A stretch of DNA of 64,000 nucleotides. Origin: Escherichia phage T5_ev219. This document shows positions 25,282 through 34,712 of the stretch, in pieces. The position numbers were made by a program, and so were the translations under genes. Under the pieces are notes generated by a model. The model worked only from the letters and a program-made list of their open reading frames with translations, was not told the origin of the DNA and ran no database searches. Location: the sequence record NC_134263.1; one strand, 5' to 3'. The first letter of the stretch is position 1; each line of letters opens with the position of its first letter.

Positions 25282-26105
25282 TGCGTAGATTAATTATTAT
25301 TAGCGGTGCGGGTTTGAGTGTTGAAAGTGGTGTACGAGCTTTTCGTACTGATACTGCTAGTGGTAAAGCATTGTGGGATGATTATGATCTAGAAGAAGTA
25401 TGTAATATTCATGCCTTTCGTGGTAATTTTTACCATAAAACCCATATGTTTTACAACAAGCGACGTGAAGAGCTAGAAACTGTTGAACCTAACCTTGCGC
25501 ATCTTCGTATTGGTGAGTGGTATAAGAAATATCCGGGTCAAGTAGTAAATTTGACTACTAATGTTGATGACCTTATTGAGCGTGCTGGTGTTCCTCATAA
25601 TGATATTCTCCACATTCATGGATACTTAAAGGAGGTTGTTGTAGCTGATAGCTACAATAGTAGTAATAAACGAATTATTGATGTTGGGTATAACTCTATT
25701 GACCCAGATGATTATAAATGGGCTAAACCTAATGTAATCTTCTTTGGTGAGCATGCTCCAGCGTACGCAGAAATGTACAATATTTTTGATGGTATTACTA
25801 GTCAAGATATGATCGTTGTAGTTGGTTGCTCTAATCAAGTAATTAATTTCTACTGGGAATTATTTCCTGTTCTTAATTTGACTGCTGCTAAACTTATGGT
25901 TGTTAACTACTACGATAGTGCCCTAGCGGCAGAACCAGGCTATCAAGGTATGACTCGTAGTGATATGTACCAGTTGGAAGAACGGGGTATTCCTTACTGG
26001 AGTAAAGGTGCGGTAGATGCTTTCAGTGATCCTGGTTTTATCGCTCGTATAGAAGCTCATCTAGAGGGTAGACCTTATATGCAGGGGGAACAGACATGTC
26101 CATAG
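25281..26105 (+). CDS. Sir2 (sirtuin)-like NAD-binding protein, no zinc ribbon
   Basis: ISGAGLSVESGVRAFR (GAGxS.ESG), TTNVDDLIERAG...HIHGY (catalytic His), NVIFFGE, VVVGCSNQV; GTG start overlapping previous stop. Confidence 0.7.
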   Translation: MRRLIIISGAGLSVESGVRAFRTDTASGKALWDDYDLEEVCNIHAFRGNFYHKTHMFYNKRREELETVEPNLAHLRIGEWYKKYPGQVVNLTTNVDDLIERAGVPHNDILHIHGYLKEVVVADSYNSSNKRIIDVGYNSIDPDDYKWAKPNVIFFGEHAPAYAEMYNIFDGITSQDMIVVVGCSNQVINFYWELFPVLNLTAAKLMVVNYYDSALAAEPGYQGMTRSDMYQLEERGIPYWSKGAVDAFSDPGFIARIEAHLEGRPYMQGEQTCP

Positions 26106-26278
26106 TTAAATCTGTGTATACACATCCAGATGATATATTTGTATGGGCGGATGGTAGTTGGTGCTATCGATGTGAGTTATGGGAAATGGACTATAAATCT
26201 GAGGACTATGGTGTCATATATGTTGATACGGTTGAGTATGATACGTTCTTAGAAAGGGACAAAAATGGAAATAAGTAA
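26096..26278 (+). CDS. hypothetical protein (60 aa)
   Basis: ORF. Confidence 0.4.
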   Translation: MSIVKSVYTHPDDIFVWADGSWCYRCELWEMDYKSEDYGVIYVDTVEYDTFLERDKNGNK

Positions 26279-26771
26279 TACTCCAATTATTTTTCTAGAC
26301 ATTGATGGGGTGCTTAATTCTAGCATCTCCCACCATCATGCACCTGATGATGAAAAGATTTTCTTTGGAAGTGACTGGGTTTTTAAACCGCTTCTCAAGG
26401 CTTTTCAGGACTTTATTCGTCCTTCTCCAATAATGATTGTTGGGGTATCTTCATGGTTCTCTGTCAGGAATGAGATGGAGAACGTTCAGATTATGACCGG
26501 ATTAGATCTTATCGATCGTTTTCTTGGTACAACGGATTTTACTGGTGGTGGGCTATCTAGGGGTAATTCTGTTCTTCGCTTCGTTGAAAAGCATAAGCTC
26601 AAACATTGGTGTGTGCTGGATGATGCTGGTGCTATGATGTATCAGTATCCAACGGTTATAGTCAACGGTAGAACCGGAATAAATCTTCAAGATTTAAGAG
26701 CTGTTAGCTATATGTTAGAATTTAGTCCAGATCTTGAAATGTGTAAAGCCCTACAAAAATTTAAGGTGTAA
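26265..26771 (+). CDS. HAD-superfamily hydrolase (possible nucleotidase/phosphatase)
   Basis: N-terminal HAD motif I IIFLDIDGVLN; WCVLDDAG motif. Confidence 0.6.
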   Translation: MEISNTPIIFLDIDGVLNSSISHHHAPDDEKIFFGSDWVFKPLLKAFQDFIRPSPIMIVGVSSWFSVRNEMENVQIMTGLDLIDRFLGTTDFTGGGLSRGNSVLRFVEKHKLKHWCVLDDAGAMMYQYPTVIVNGRTGINLQDLRAVSYMLEFSPDLEMCKALQKFKV

Positions 26772-26773
26772 AT

Positions 26774-27202
26774 ATGTTCAATAATATACTCTCTAAAGAG
26801 GCTAACCCGATATTGGTTAATTTTTGGCGTACTCTTCCAGCCAACCTGTACAATGAGGCTATTAATGATCTGAAAATATGGTGTGAGAATAATGAAATCT
26901 CCTTTGCTTTTAAGGGTGAGATTGAAGAAGCTCCCTGTATTGGTTTAATTGTGCAGGTAGAGGATGGTCTGGAAGAGATTGTCGGCTGGAAAGAGTTGGA
27001 TGAAATGGGGTTGGTTTTTGCATTAAACTATAAGCTATTTATGCCCAATAAACACCGTATTGTTGTTAATTATAAAACCAGTGAATCTCCTGGTTTTCAA
27101 GTTAATGAACACTACGGTTGGTCTTACTCACCGGAAGAAGTAAATGATGGTATCCAAAAACTTCGTCGTTTTGGTTATCAAATTCCCGGTTTAACTGCCT
27201 AA
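26774..27202 (+). CDS. hypothetical protein, paralog A of tandem pair
   Basis: Shares F.F...PC.G...W.EL...GL..ALN..LF.P...Y.P...L.R.G..IPGL pattern with 27212..27604. Confidence 0.55.
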   Translation: MFNNILSKEANPILVNFWRTLPANLYNEAINDLKIWCENNEISFAFKGEIEEAPCIGLIVQVEDGLEEIVGWKELDEMGLVFALNYKLFMPNKHRIVVNYKTSESPGFQVNEHYGWSYSPEEVNDGIQKLRRFGYQIPGLTA

Positions 27203-27211
27203 GGGGGCACA

Positions 27212-27604
27212 ATGGAACAAGTATATTGGCGTCAGATTGATCCTAGTTTGGTGAAGCGTGCTGAGAAGCTGCTACAACGTTGGTTGGGGGTAAGACAAGC
27301 CTCCTTCACTTTTCCGGAGCAGCAAATAGACGATCCCTGTGTTGGTGTTTTTCTATCAGGCTACGCTGGGGAATGGGAATTGGATTGGAATGAATTGTCT
27401 GCTATAGGTCTAATTGTTGCCCTAAATTTCTCTTTGTTCCATCCACGTGGTTTGGCCATATGTCGTGTGCCTGATGACGGTTGTTCGCCCTATCTTTTAC
27501 AGGTGGAAGATGATATTTGGGAGTACACTCCAGATATTCTCAAAGAAGCCAAAGAACAATTAAACCGTGTTGGGATCTATGTTCCGGGGCTAAATGATAA
27601 ATGA
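27212..27604 (+). CDS. hypothetical protein, paralog B of tandem pair
   Basis: See paralog A; RBS AAGGGGG. Confidence 0.55.
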   Translation: MEQVYWRQIDPSLVKRAEKLLQRWLGVRQASFTFPEQQIDDPCVGVFLSGYAGEWELDWNELSAIGLIVALNFSLFHPRGLAICRVPDDGCSPYLLQVEDDIWEYTPDILKEAKEQLNRVGIYVPGLNDK

Positions 27605-27627
27605 TTTTTATTAGTTGACCTCTGATT

Positions 27628-27654
27628 ACCGAGTCATTTTGGCTCGGTTTTCTC
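27628..27654 (+). terminator. rho-independent terminator
   Basis: Hairpin ACCGAG-tcattttgg-CTCGGT followed by TTTTCTC. Confidence 0.65.
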
Positions 27655-27695
27655 TATGCTCAAAGACACTGATAGCACCATCCGGAAAATTTTAC

Positions 27696-27724
27696 TTGCA
27701 GGATGCCCAAAATCTTGATATAAT
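27696..27724 (+). promoter_or_regulatory. sigma70-type promoter preceding a 500-nt ORF-free leader
   Basis: TTGCAG 27696-27701, 17-bp spacer, TATAAT 27719-27724, conserved ATTTATATTGAATTGAGAGA leader. Confidence 0.5.
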
Positions 27725-28221
27725 ATTTATATTGAATTGAGAGACATTAGTAAAAATTGATTTTGCTAATTTTTCTTGTTTACAATCCGCGATACGGAAC
27801 AGTTAGGCTGCCCCATTAAGGGTTGTTTTAACTATTACTAGTGTTTATATTGCATTAGTTAATCTTCAATTAAGTGATCTGTGTACCCTGAATTCGGAAA
27901 GGTAAATCCAAACCGTGCATATTTAGCTCGTTATATAGGCAGAGTTTTATATGGGGGTGCGAACGAAAAGAGCAGCGAATGGCGGCACGTACAGTAGTCA
28001 CCTACCAATAGGATAGTGAGGACAAATAGAATCGGCTTAGCGGCCAATGACCTAGGTTCTATTCTGTATATGAGCGAAGAGAGCACAGCACTGAGATATG
28101 ATAACTTATTCATATTGTTTGATGATAATTGATGTTTACGTAAATAGTAGTAATAGTTGTTCTATTCTTTCTGAATAGTCCTAAAGAAAAGATTTCGATT
28201 AACCAACACAGGAGTATTGTT

Positions 28222-31011
28222 GTGTTTTCTATCCTCCAAGGTCACGCCGGATTTTCTCGTGATTTAGCAACAGGTATTTGGCGAGAAATCAAAGCGGAAG
28301 ATTATACCTTTGCCAAGCGATTCTCGAAAGAGCATCCAGAAGGTAAACCAGCTTCTATGCCCTTCAAATTTGATGTAATAGAAGAGCACGACCCACAAAG
28401 CCTTGCCGAAATGTTACCCCTTATGAGACGTTTAACGTCTGACCCTCATATCGTTGCGGTACGAGGTCGATGTCTTGCACCTAAAAATAATGTGCGACGT
28501 AAGAAAGGTAACTTTAATGTATCTAATCCTAGTAATATTATTGCTATGGACGTGGATGGTATCCTAGATACCGGTGGGTATGACAAATTTAATCTTGTTG
28601 GTATGGCCCGCCACATTATTAAGATGTTGAATAGTATTAGTGAGGACATGTTCCCTCTTGATGCAGGCTTTATAGCTCATGCATCGTCTTCGGCTGGGCT
28701 TAAACCAGGTATCCGAATGCACTTAATGCTAGAATCTAACGTCAAGGTAACTCAGGGTCAGCTAAAGTTCTTATTTACATCTATCAACGATAGTAGTAAG
28801 CAAAAATTTGGTTTTGATATTGCCGACCTAGCTTATTATTCATCTGTCCAGCTCCACTATTTTGCCGACCCCTTATTTAGCGATGGTATTGTTGATCCGT
28901 TTAAAGCGGAGAGTAAGCCACGTCTGGTGTATGTTAAAGGTTCGAAAGTAAATTTGCCCAATAATCTAGTTGACTATGAAACAACTAGAGGGGAGTTTAA
29001 GGAAGAGTTTTATTCTTTACTTGATCAAATTAAAGGCAAAAAGATTGCTTCTGATAAAGTAGAAGAAACCATCAGCGAGTTAGAAGAGGCTGATGATGGA
29101 GTGTATTTGCGTATTATCCCCAAACTATACCATAGAGCATTAGAGGATGGTGTTGATTTTGCATGGCTAGAACGTGAGATTAAACCAGCTTTATCCGAAT
29201 ATATTGCAACTAAAGATAACAGTCGTAATATTCAAGATTACTTTAATAACGGTCGTAAGCAGGCTCTCAAAGCGTTTGTTAATAATTCTAAACGTGAGAT
29301 TCCATTAAATCTGAAAGGTGTTCCACTTAAGAAATTAGAAGTGGATTCTCCACCAGAAGTTCCATACCTGAAGATTAACATTGTGCCCCCAAAAGGCCAT
29401 ATAACATTTGTTAAGGCAAGTCTTGGTACGGGTAAAACTACGGCAGTAACTAAATGGCTGGACGCAGGTGTTCTTCCGGGCAACTTTTTAGCAGTTACAA
29501 ATACTAGAGCACTGGTATCTTCAAATGCCAAGAAATTTAGTGCAGGACAATACGATAAGTCTGTAGATATGCTCAACTTTAAACGTGGGGCTATTGATCG
29601 TATGTCCACAACTATTCACTCTTTGCATAAGTTCAAAAGTTTTATTGGTCAAATAGACACCATTTTTATTGACGAATGTGACGCTGTAATGAATGACCTA
29701 TTATTCGCCCCTGTTGTTAAACAACGTCGCGAGTGTATTCAAGTTCTACGTGACATCCTCATGACAGCTAAAACTGTAATCTTATCCGATGGTGATATTA
29801 GTGCTGAGACTATTGAAGCATATGGTTCTCTAATTGATTTTGATAAACCGGTTGCATTTTATAATCATCATCGTAAGATGCTGTCAAAAGCTCATGCTTA
29901 TGAGTTCCCTGATGAGTCCAGTATTTGGGTTGCACTTCAAACATCTCTAGAGATGGGTGAAAAATCTATTCTAGTATCTGATTGTGGCCCTGATGAGCTG
30001 AATGAGAAGGGTATGGCACTACGTCGTAATACTGGTGCATTAGTTAAGGAAATCCATTCAAACTCCACATCTGATGTGGATATTAGACGTATTCTGGATT
30101 ACACAACTAATGAGCTAATTGATCAACAAATTGATTGCTTATTATGTAGTCCATCCGTAACGAGTGGAGTTGACTTCAACTACTTCGATAACGTATTTGT
30201 TATTACGAGAACTAGTAATCAAGCGCCAAACATGCGTTTTCAAGCAATCAGGCGCGACCGTGGTGCTCAGAATATCTATTATTTTATTGATAAATCCACT
30301 AGTGGGTTCTCCGCAGGTTCTGAACAATATAATATTGATGAAGGTTGGCTGGAGTTAGCACAGCAATTATACGCACGTCGCAGGGAGCTGGAATCTAGGA
30401 ACTATACTAGTACTTTACGTTATTACTTGCTTGATCAAGGTGCAACTATTGATATTTTCAGCGAAAGCTGGGGAACTATTGAAGGTGCTGGTAAAGAGTA
30501 CACAGAAGAGCGAATCAAAGCTATTCTACATTCAACTCCTGATTATTGTGCCCCACGTCATGCGGATGCGTATGAAGCTAAGCTACTTCTTGTTCGCTAT
30601 TATCATCTTGAGTCTATTAAAGATGTAACAGTTGAGCATGTTGAACAATATATCAAAGATAAGCCAAATGATCGAGCTGCATTCTTCCATAAGATGCACG
30701 AGATGTTCTGGGAGGATATTAAGAAGTGTTCAAATGTGACCATTAAACCATTCATAGAGGCTCTGAAAGGTAAGAAAAAGGACTTCTTCCTTAAAACAGG
30801 CCAGAGTGCGAACCCAAAATATGCAAGAATGTACCTCGGTATGATGGGTATTGGTAAGGATATGAACACTGAAAATATCGTAGACTGGTATAGAACCTAT
30901 TGTAAAATCGAGTGTATGCCAATTCCTTATAAGTTTATGACTGATGAGGAGAAACATATGCATGATGAAGCAATGTCAGAACTAGGTGCTAGAAATGACA
31001 GTGAAGAATAA
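28222..31011 (+). CDS. putative replication origin-binding protein / SF2-type helicase (929 aa)
   Basis: Walker A SLGTGKTT, Walker B IFIDECD, motif VI QAIRRDRG; N-terminal region with AMDVDG (DxD); GTG start with RBS ACAGGAG. Confidence 0.5.
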   Translation: MFSILQGHAGFSRDLATGIWREIKAEDYTFAKRFSKEHPEGKPASMPFKFDVIEEHDPQSLAEMLPLMRRLTSDPHIVAVRGRCLAPKNNVRRKKGNFNVSNPSNIIAMDVDGILDTGGYDKFNLVGMARHIIKMLNSISEDMFPLDAGFIAHASSSAGLKPGIRMHLMLESNVKVTQGQLKFLFTSINDSSKQKFGFDIADLAYYSSVQLHYFADPLFSDGIVDPFKAESKPRLVYVKGSKVNLPNNLVDYETTRGEFKEEFYSLLDQIKGKKIASDKVEETISELEEADDGVYLRIIPKLYHRALEDGVDFAWLEREIKPALSEYIATKDNSRNIQDYFNNGRKQALKAFVNNSKREIPLNLKGVPLKKLEVDSPPEVPYLKINIVPPKGHITFVKASLGTGKTTAVTKWLDAGVLPGNFLAVTNTRALVSSNAKKFSAGQYDKSVDMLNFKRGAIDRMSTTIHSLHKFKSFIGQIDTIFIDECDAVMNDLLFAPVVKQRRECIQVLRDILMTAKTVILSDGDISAETIEAYGSLIDFDKPVAFYNHHRKMLSKAHAYEFPDESSIWVALQTSLEMGEKSILVSDCGPDELNEKGMALRRNTGALVKEIHSNSTSDVDIRRILDYTTNELIDQQIDCLLCSPSVTSGVDFNYFDNVFVITRTSNQAPNMRFQAIRRDRGAQNIYYFIDKSTSGFSAGSEQYNIDEGWLELAQQLYARRRELESRNYTSTLRYYLLDQGATIDIFSESWGTIEGAGKEYTEERIKAILHSTPDYCAPRHADAYEAKLLLVRYYHLESIKDVTVEHVEQYIKDKPNDRAAFFHKMHEMFWEDIKKCSNVTIKPFIEALKGKKKDFFLKTGQSANPKYARMYLGMMGIGKDMNTENIVDWYRTYCKIECMPIPYKFMTDEEKHMHDEAMSELGARNDSEE

Positions 31012-31228
31012 AAAATGGGAAACAAGGAAGTTTCCAGTAAAAGAACGTAAAGTTCCTGTTTATGATACTTCGGAAAAGCTATGTAGGGTGGTTCCGCACA
31101 GATTAGCTGGCATCCCTAACATATCCGAGTGGTTACTTAAACAACGGAGGACTAACGTATCTCTTCGCATAGGGTTTGAGTTAGATAAAGTATATGCTGA
31201 ACTTTCTTCTTTGCTCAAGGAATCGTAA
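30995..31228 (+). CDS. hypothetical protein
   Basis: ORF overlapping end of previous gene; start at MTVKNKK. Confidence 0.4.
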   Translation: MTVKNKKWETRKFPVKERKVPVYDTSEKLCRVVPHRLAGIPNISEWLLKQRRTNVSLRIGFELDKVYAELSSLLKES

Positions 31229-31236
31229 AAATTTAT

Positions 31237-31265
31237 TTGCTTTCAGGAAAATTTTTCTGTATAAT
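31237..31265 (+). promoter_or_regulatory. strong sigma70 early promoter (sequence matches phage T5 PN25 from memory)
   Basis: TTGCTT 31237-31242, 17-bp spacer, TATAAT 31260-31265, AT-rich UP tract, leader ATAAATTTGAGAGAGGAG then ATG 31297. Confidence 0.75.
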
Positions 31266-31296
31266 AGATTCATAAATTTGAGAGAGGAGTTTAAAT

Positions 31297-32001
31297 ATGG
31301 CTGGTTCTCGCAGAAAGAAACATATCCATGAAATCCCTGATGAAGTCTTTAAAAAAGTTATAGAGCATCTGGAGAACGGTGGTACTAAGAAAGCAGCATG
31401 TGAGATGCTCGGCGTATCATCCAATCCGACTATGGAAAGGATGATAGAAGAGTGGCAAGATCGCCAAATTCAGGTTGCCGAGATGAAGAAAAAGAAACGT
31501 GGTACACTCATTGAAGGTATTGAGTTGGCCAACGTTATTGAACAGTATCTATCTGGTGATTCTTTTGAAGAGATTGCCGATCGTAACTACCGCTCTGTAG
31601 CAATGGTTAAATCTGTTCTAGAACGATATGGTGCTCTACTTCGTTTGAACGATATTGTAGACCCCTTGAATCCTCCAATTATTCCTGACGATGCTGTAGC
31701 AGAAGAATTTGAGGTTGGAGAACTTGTTTGGGTTCCTGGATACCAGTGTATCGGTGAAATCAAAAAAGCAATGGATAACCCTGTTGGTTGTTATCGAGTC
31801 TGGTTACTATCGGAAGGCAAACAACAGAACGTTCATTATATGAATTACGAGCTGGCTTCTGTTAAACATCTGGAAAAGTTAGGGGTTGACGTAAAATCTC
31901 TGGGGTACAAGTGGACTCGTGAAGAAGTTATTACGTTGATTAACGAAGCTGTTAAGGCTGCCTTGAAACTTGATAAAGAAAAAGGAAAACGCCGTGAGTA
32001 G
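31297..32001 (+). CDS. putative DNA-binding protein with helix-turn-helix motifs
   Basis: HTH-like GTKKAACEMLGVSSNPTMERM and SFEEIADRNYRSVAMVKSVLERYG. Confidence 0.5.
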   Translation: MAGSRRKKHIHEIPDEVFKKVIEHLENGGTKKAACEMLGVSSNPTMERMIEEWQDRQIQVAEMKKKKRGTLIEGIELANVIEQYLSGDSFEEIADRNYRSVAMVKSVLERYGALLRLNDIVDPLNPPIIPDDAVAEEFEVGELVWVPGYQCIGEIKKAMDNPVGCYRVWLLSEGKQQNVHYMNYELASVKHLEKLGVDVKSLGYKWTREEVITLINEAVKAALKLDKEKGKRRE

Positions 32002-32245
32002 ACTAACTGATTTACTTAAAGATGGGGAAGTAAAAACACTATATCGCAGAAGCTGGGATAACGATAATAACGGCTTAGTGTTACTAACTTTAGATGCTGA
32101 CTCGGATGTAGTTACTCAGCATACTTGGATAGCCGGTAACTATCCATATAGCGAGGTTGTTTCATTAACAGTATGCGAAGCTATTGCGGACGATTGGGAG
32201 GTTGCCAGCATTGATGATATGCTCGCTGTTGGCCTGGTGGAGTAA
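31994..32245 (+). CDS. hypothetical protein (GTG start)
   Basis: RBS AAGGAAA 8 nt before GTG 31994; ORF track gives upstream ATG 31970 inside previous gene. Confidence 0.4.
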   Translation: MSRLTDLLKDGEVKTLYRRSWDNDNNGLVLLTLDADSDVVTQHTWIAGNYPYSEVVSLTVCEAIADDWEVASIDDMLAVGLVE

Positions 32246-32262
32246 CTACTTAAAAATTTCAG

Positions 32263-32291
32263 TTGCTTAATCCTACAATTCTTGATATAAT
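32263..32291 (+). promoter_or_regulatory. sigma70-type early promoter
   Basis: TTGCTT 32263-32268, 17-bp spacer, TATAAT 32286-32291. Confidence 0.6.
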
Positions 32292-32348
32292 ATTCTCATA
32301 GTTTGAAAGAACTATTCTGTTTAATTCTTAATTAAGGAAATATAAAAT

Positions 32349-32759
32349 ATGACTACTCCAACTCAGTGGACTGATGAACTGTTCGAAAAAATGTCTTCCG
32401 AATACGTTGCTCGTATGGAGCAATTCCCAGAGGATGAACGTCCGGGTGTTAGCATGGAAATTGTTAGCGAAATTGCCCAGGAAAATGGTGTAACTCCGAA
32501 CGGTTTTCGTATGAAGCTGACTAAAGCAGGTGTGTATATCAAGAAAGCTGCTGGCTCTGCTTCTAAATCTAGCGCATCTACTGGAGAAAAAGCTTCCGGT
32601 GGTTCTCGTACCTCCAAAGCCCAGGCTCATGCTGACCTTCGTTCAGCGTTCTCTGATGCTGGCTTAGCACCAGATTTTCTGGATGATGCAATTATCGACA
32701 AACTGACCGGTAAAGCGGCTGCTCATCTGGCAGAAGCAATCCGAGCTATCACTAAGTAA
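32349..32759 (+). CDS. hypothetical protein (136 aa), highly optimised codons
   Basis: RBS AAGGAAA; host-like codon usage suggests high expression. Confidence 0.55.
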   Translation: MTTPTQWTDELFEKMSSEYVARMEQFPEDERPGVSMEIVSEIAQENGVTPNGFRMKLTKAGVYIKKAAGSASKSSASTGEKASGGSRTSKAQAHADLRSAFSDAGLAPDFLDDAIIDKLTGKAAAHLAEAIRAITK

Positions 32760-32795
32760 TTTTAGATAAATCCACCAACAAAAGGAACTATAGCT

Positions 32796-33092
32796 ATGAC
32801 TAAAGCTGAAATTATTGCACAGTGCGAAAAATTTGGTGAGTTTTATCTTCATTACGAGAAACTTCGTCAGAAAGGAACCACGTACCTTCAGGGTACAATG
32901 GAATTTGATCCGGCCCAAGATAAATATCTGGCTGAGCGTATTAAACGCGAACGTATTCGTAAAGCGAAAGATGATGAAATCCTTGTCTTCTCTCGTACTA
33001 ATGATAGCTTCCGTTTTATTCCTGTCGAGAAAGTTCGTCGTGTGACTAGCCTCCAATCAGAGTTAGATCGTGCTTCTCCAGTAGGCCGATAA
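32796..33092 (+). CDS. hypothetical protein (98 aa)
   Basis: RBS AAAGGAACTATAG...; followed by terminator. Confidence 0.55.
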   Translation: MTKAEIIAQCEKFGEFYLHYEKLRQKGTTYLQGTMEFDPAQDKYLAERIKRERIRKAKDDEILVFSRTNDSFRFIPVEKVRRVTSLQSELDRASPVGR

Positions 33093-33102
33093 GAAAACAA
33101 TT

Positions 33103-33126
33103 AGCCCCTATATGGGGCTTTTTGTG
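33103..33126 (+). terminator. rho-independent terminator
   Basis: Hairpin AGCCCC-tatat-GGGGCT followed by TTTTTGTG. Confidence 0.7.
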
Positions 33127-33142
33127 TATTTGGGATATGTAA

Positions 33143-33451
33143 ATGAGCGAACAGGTAAATCAAAACTATGAAGGACACGTTGATGATCAGTCCATCATAC
33201 TTTGGGAGAAGGAGGGGGAACAAGTAAGATTAACAGTATCTGAATTTCGTGGGAATCTATACATGGGTATTCGTTACTGGCTTCTTGATATTAATGATGA
33301 ATGGTTTCCAACGAAATCTGGCTTCTCTTTTCCTTACACCCTAGAAACAACATCACAGCTTTTCTATGCGTTTACACAGATTCTTAGCGAATCTGAGGTT
33401 TTACATGAAGTACAGAAACGAGCTGAAGAACTCAAAGCCAAGAATGCCTAG
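33143..33451 (+). CDS. hypothetical protein (102 aa)
   Basis: ORF ending inside terminator hairpin 33438-33468. Confidence 0.5.
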   Translation: MSEQVNQNYEGHVDDQSIILWEKEGEQVRLTVSEFRGNLYMGIRYWLLDINDEWFPTKSGFSFPYTLETTSQLFYAFTQILSESEVLHEVQKRAEELKAKNA

Positions 33452-33468
33452 TTCTTGGCTTTTTCTTT
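33438..33468 (+). terminator. rho-independent terminator
   Basis: Hairpin GCCAAGAA-tgcctag-TTCTTGGC followed by TTTTTCTTT. Confidence 0.65.
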
Positions 33469-33478
33469 ATAAATGTAT

Positions 33479-33507
33479 TTGCTTTCAACTCAGTTTTGTT
33501 ATATAAT
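33479..33507 (+). promoter_or_regulatory. sigma70-type early promoter for ligase A
   Basis: TTGCTT 33479-33484, 17-bp spacer, TATAAT 33502-33507. Confidence 0.6.
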
Positions 33508-33538
33508 ATTTATATAAATTAATGAGAGATATAAATAA

Positions 33539-34510
33539 ATGACTAATGTAAAAGAATTTATTAAACGCTGTCAAGAAGCATATTATCAGGGTATGTCTTT
33601 AATCTCTGATGAGGAGTATGATTGCCTGGTAAAACGCTTCCCGTTAGAAGAAGAGATCGGGCCTAGGGGTGATATTCCACATCTGTATCGTATGTATTCT
33701 TTACAGAAAGTTTACTATAACCGTGGAGATAAATCACCATTCAATCCTTTAGGTCAGGTGGAAACCGATAAGTTAGATGGTTGTGCAATTTCTCTGCTAT
33801 ATATTAATGGCGAATTTGTTCAAGCATTAACCCGTGGTAATGGTATTCTGGGGAATGATGTCACAAGCAACGTAAGATTGCTGAACATTCCTAAAAAGAT
33901 TTCCCAAAAAGTACCTACTCAAATCACTGGTGAAGTTCTAATTACAAAAGAAGTAGAAAATAAACGTAACTTTGCCTCTGGTGCTATTAACCTCAAAGAT
34001 AGTGATGCTTTCGTACAACGTATTGGAGAAGGTGGTTTAATCTTCGTTGCATACGGTATCCAGTGTTCTGCTGAATCTGTAGGTATTACAGAAGCATATT
34101 TAAAAGATATGCTTTGGCTGGAGAATGAGAACTTCTTAACAGTTGTTAATGTGCGTTCCTTCTTTAAATGGATTCCGACGGACGGTAAAGTTGTTCGTAT
34201 TAATGACAACAACAAATTCTTCCGTGAAGGCTGGACTAATAAATTCCCTCGTGGAGCATTCGCCATTAAAGAGGATGAAGAAGGCGAGATTACAACTCTT
34301 ACTAAAGTTGAATGGCAGGTAGGGGCTTCTGGTAAAGTAACTCCAGTCGGTTATTTTGAACCAGTAATTATTGATGATGCTACAATTGTTAAAGCGACTC
34401 TTAATAACGTTGATTATATTAACTCTCTTGATCTAGAGATCGGTTGCCAGATTCGAGTGATTCGTGCTGGTGGTGTAATCCCGTGCATAGTAGAGCGAGT
34501 ATACGATTAA
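33539..34510 (+). CDS. ligA: NAD-dependent DNA ligase, adenylation/OB part (subunit A of split ligase)
   Basis: LigA N-terminal Ia-like region and adenylation motif KLDG (ETDKLDGCAISLLY); no Zn-finger/HhH/BRCT, which are in the next ORF. Confidence 0.8.
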   Translation: MTNVKEFIKRCQEAYYQGMSLISDEEYDCLVKRFPLEEEIGPRGDIPHLYRMYSLQKVYYNRGDKSPFNPLGQVETDKLDGCAISLLYINGEFVQALTRGNGILGNDVTSNVRLLNIPKKISQKVPTQITGEVLITKEVENKRNFASGAINLKDSDAFVQRIGEGGLIFVAYGIQCSAESVGITEAYLKDMLWLENENFLTVVNVRSFFKWIPTDGKVVRINDNNKFFREGWTNKFPRGAFAIKEDEEGEITTLTKVEWQVGASGKVTPVGYFEPVIIDDATIVKATLNNVDYINSLDLEIGCQIRVIRAGGVIPCIVERVYD

Positions 34511-34560
34511 TACATAACCCTTTGCTACCCATCTACCATATCGGAATTATAAAGTGGTTA

Positions 34561-34589
34561 TTGACATTTTCGCCGCTTAGGTATATACT
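34561..34589 (+). promoter_or_regulatory. sigma70 promoter (TTGACATTTTCGCCG class) inside ligase spacer
   Basis: TTGACA 34561-34566, 17-bp spacer, TATACT 34584-34589; shares 15-mer with promoter at 5921. Confidence 0.5.
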
Positions 34590-34653
34590 ATTATCATTCA
34601 GTTGAGGGATAGAAAGTTATGGCGAGGGTAAGCAAAGTTAGTTAAAATTGTAG

Positions 34654-34682
34654 TTGCTAAATGCTTAAATACTTGCTATAAT
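34654..34682 (+). promoter_or_regulatory. sigma70-type early promoter for ligase B
   Basis: TTGCTA 34654-34659, 17-bp spacer, TATAAT 34677-34682, conserved leader. Confidence 0.6.
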
Positions 34683-34712
34683 ATTTATATAAATTGATAA
34701 GGAAGAAATTTG

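Noticed and set aside
28222-31011. Large ORF as terminase large subunit or structural protein
   Set aside because: Lies in the early replication block under an early promoter and has SF2 helicase motifs (Walker A/B, motif VI) rather than terminase nuclease motifs.
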